A stretch of DNA of 64,000 bases from Selaginella moellendorffii (Eukaryota > Plantae > Lycopodiophyta): assembly GCF_000143415.4 (NCBI RefSeq), contig NW_003314373.1, forward strand, positions 62,001 through 126,000, in the 5' to 3' direction. A program made the position numbers and the translations under genes. The notes below the pieces were generated by a model, which saw only the letters and a list, made by a program, of their open reading frames with translations, searched no databases and had not been told where the DNA came from. Below are positions 63,846-64,000 of the stretch, in pieces; positions within the stretch are counted from its first letter, which is position 1, and every line of letters begins with the position of its first letter.

Positions 63846-64000
63846 CTGTTCAGAAATGCACAACAATTAGAGCTAACAGATGAAAAACTAGCAGCTGGAA
63901 ATAACGTGAGGCCACACGCCATTCACCACTGCATCAGATGTCTTGAGGCTGCATCCTAAGATGGCGTGAGGCTACACGCCATCTGTAACCGGACTGCACT

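Larger units (their letters stand above)
58500..63982. repeat. Dispersed family of eight 22-bp palindromes, consensus ATGGCGTG-N6-CACGCCAT
   Basis: Copies at 58500, 59577, 59652, 61008, 61149, 62624, 63901 and 63961. Confidence 0.9.

Noticed and set aside
58500-63982. Palindrome family considered as a CRISPR array or MITE family
   Set aside because: Spacing is irregular (60 bp to over 1.4 kb), there are no cas genes, and no shared flanks or target-site duplications surround the copies.

Overview
Compact eukaryotic plant DNA with many 50-80 nt GT-AG introns, intergenic gaps often under 150 bp and several PLS-class PPR genes. This most resembles a lycophyte such as Selaginella, which is inferred and not verified. 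Bases 1-42 kb are gene-dense and carry a VND-type NAC, a LYK3-like LysM receptor kinase, an SD2-type lectin receptor kinase, lycopene epsilon-cyclase, Y3IP1, a GH1 beta-glucosidase, a bacterial-type cupin, an FSH1 esterase, tRNA-Val(CAC), RALF, an ACAP-type ARF-GAP, GBSS, a ZIFL MFS transporter, a DEAH helicase and five PPR genes. One PPR gene has a spliced-on N-terminal OSB/PDF-like motif that the ORF track misses. Bases 42-64 kb are accessory. They hold a two-exon P-loop NTPase plus restriction-endonuclease-fold gene of Crinkler/RHS type, a decayed PPR duplicate, and an ~8.4-kb decayed LTR element with microsatellite-bearing LTRs that contains a nested Cassandra-like TRIM with 5S rRNA-derived LTRs. 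The last ~6.5 kb is a pseudogenising multi-exon locus with ParB/Srx-like, DNA-methylase-like and FCP1/NIF-like regions. It is studded with eight copies of one 22-bp palindrome (ATGGCGTG-N6-CACGCCAT), five of them in its predicted introns. This palindrome plus ParB-like locus is the best candidate for an undescribed system. All domain calls come from motif recognition by eye, and exon boundaries are approximate unless stated.
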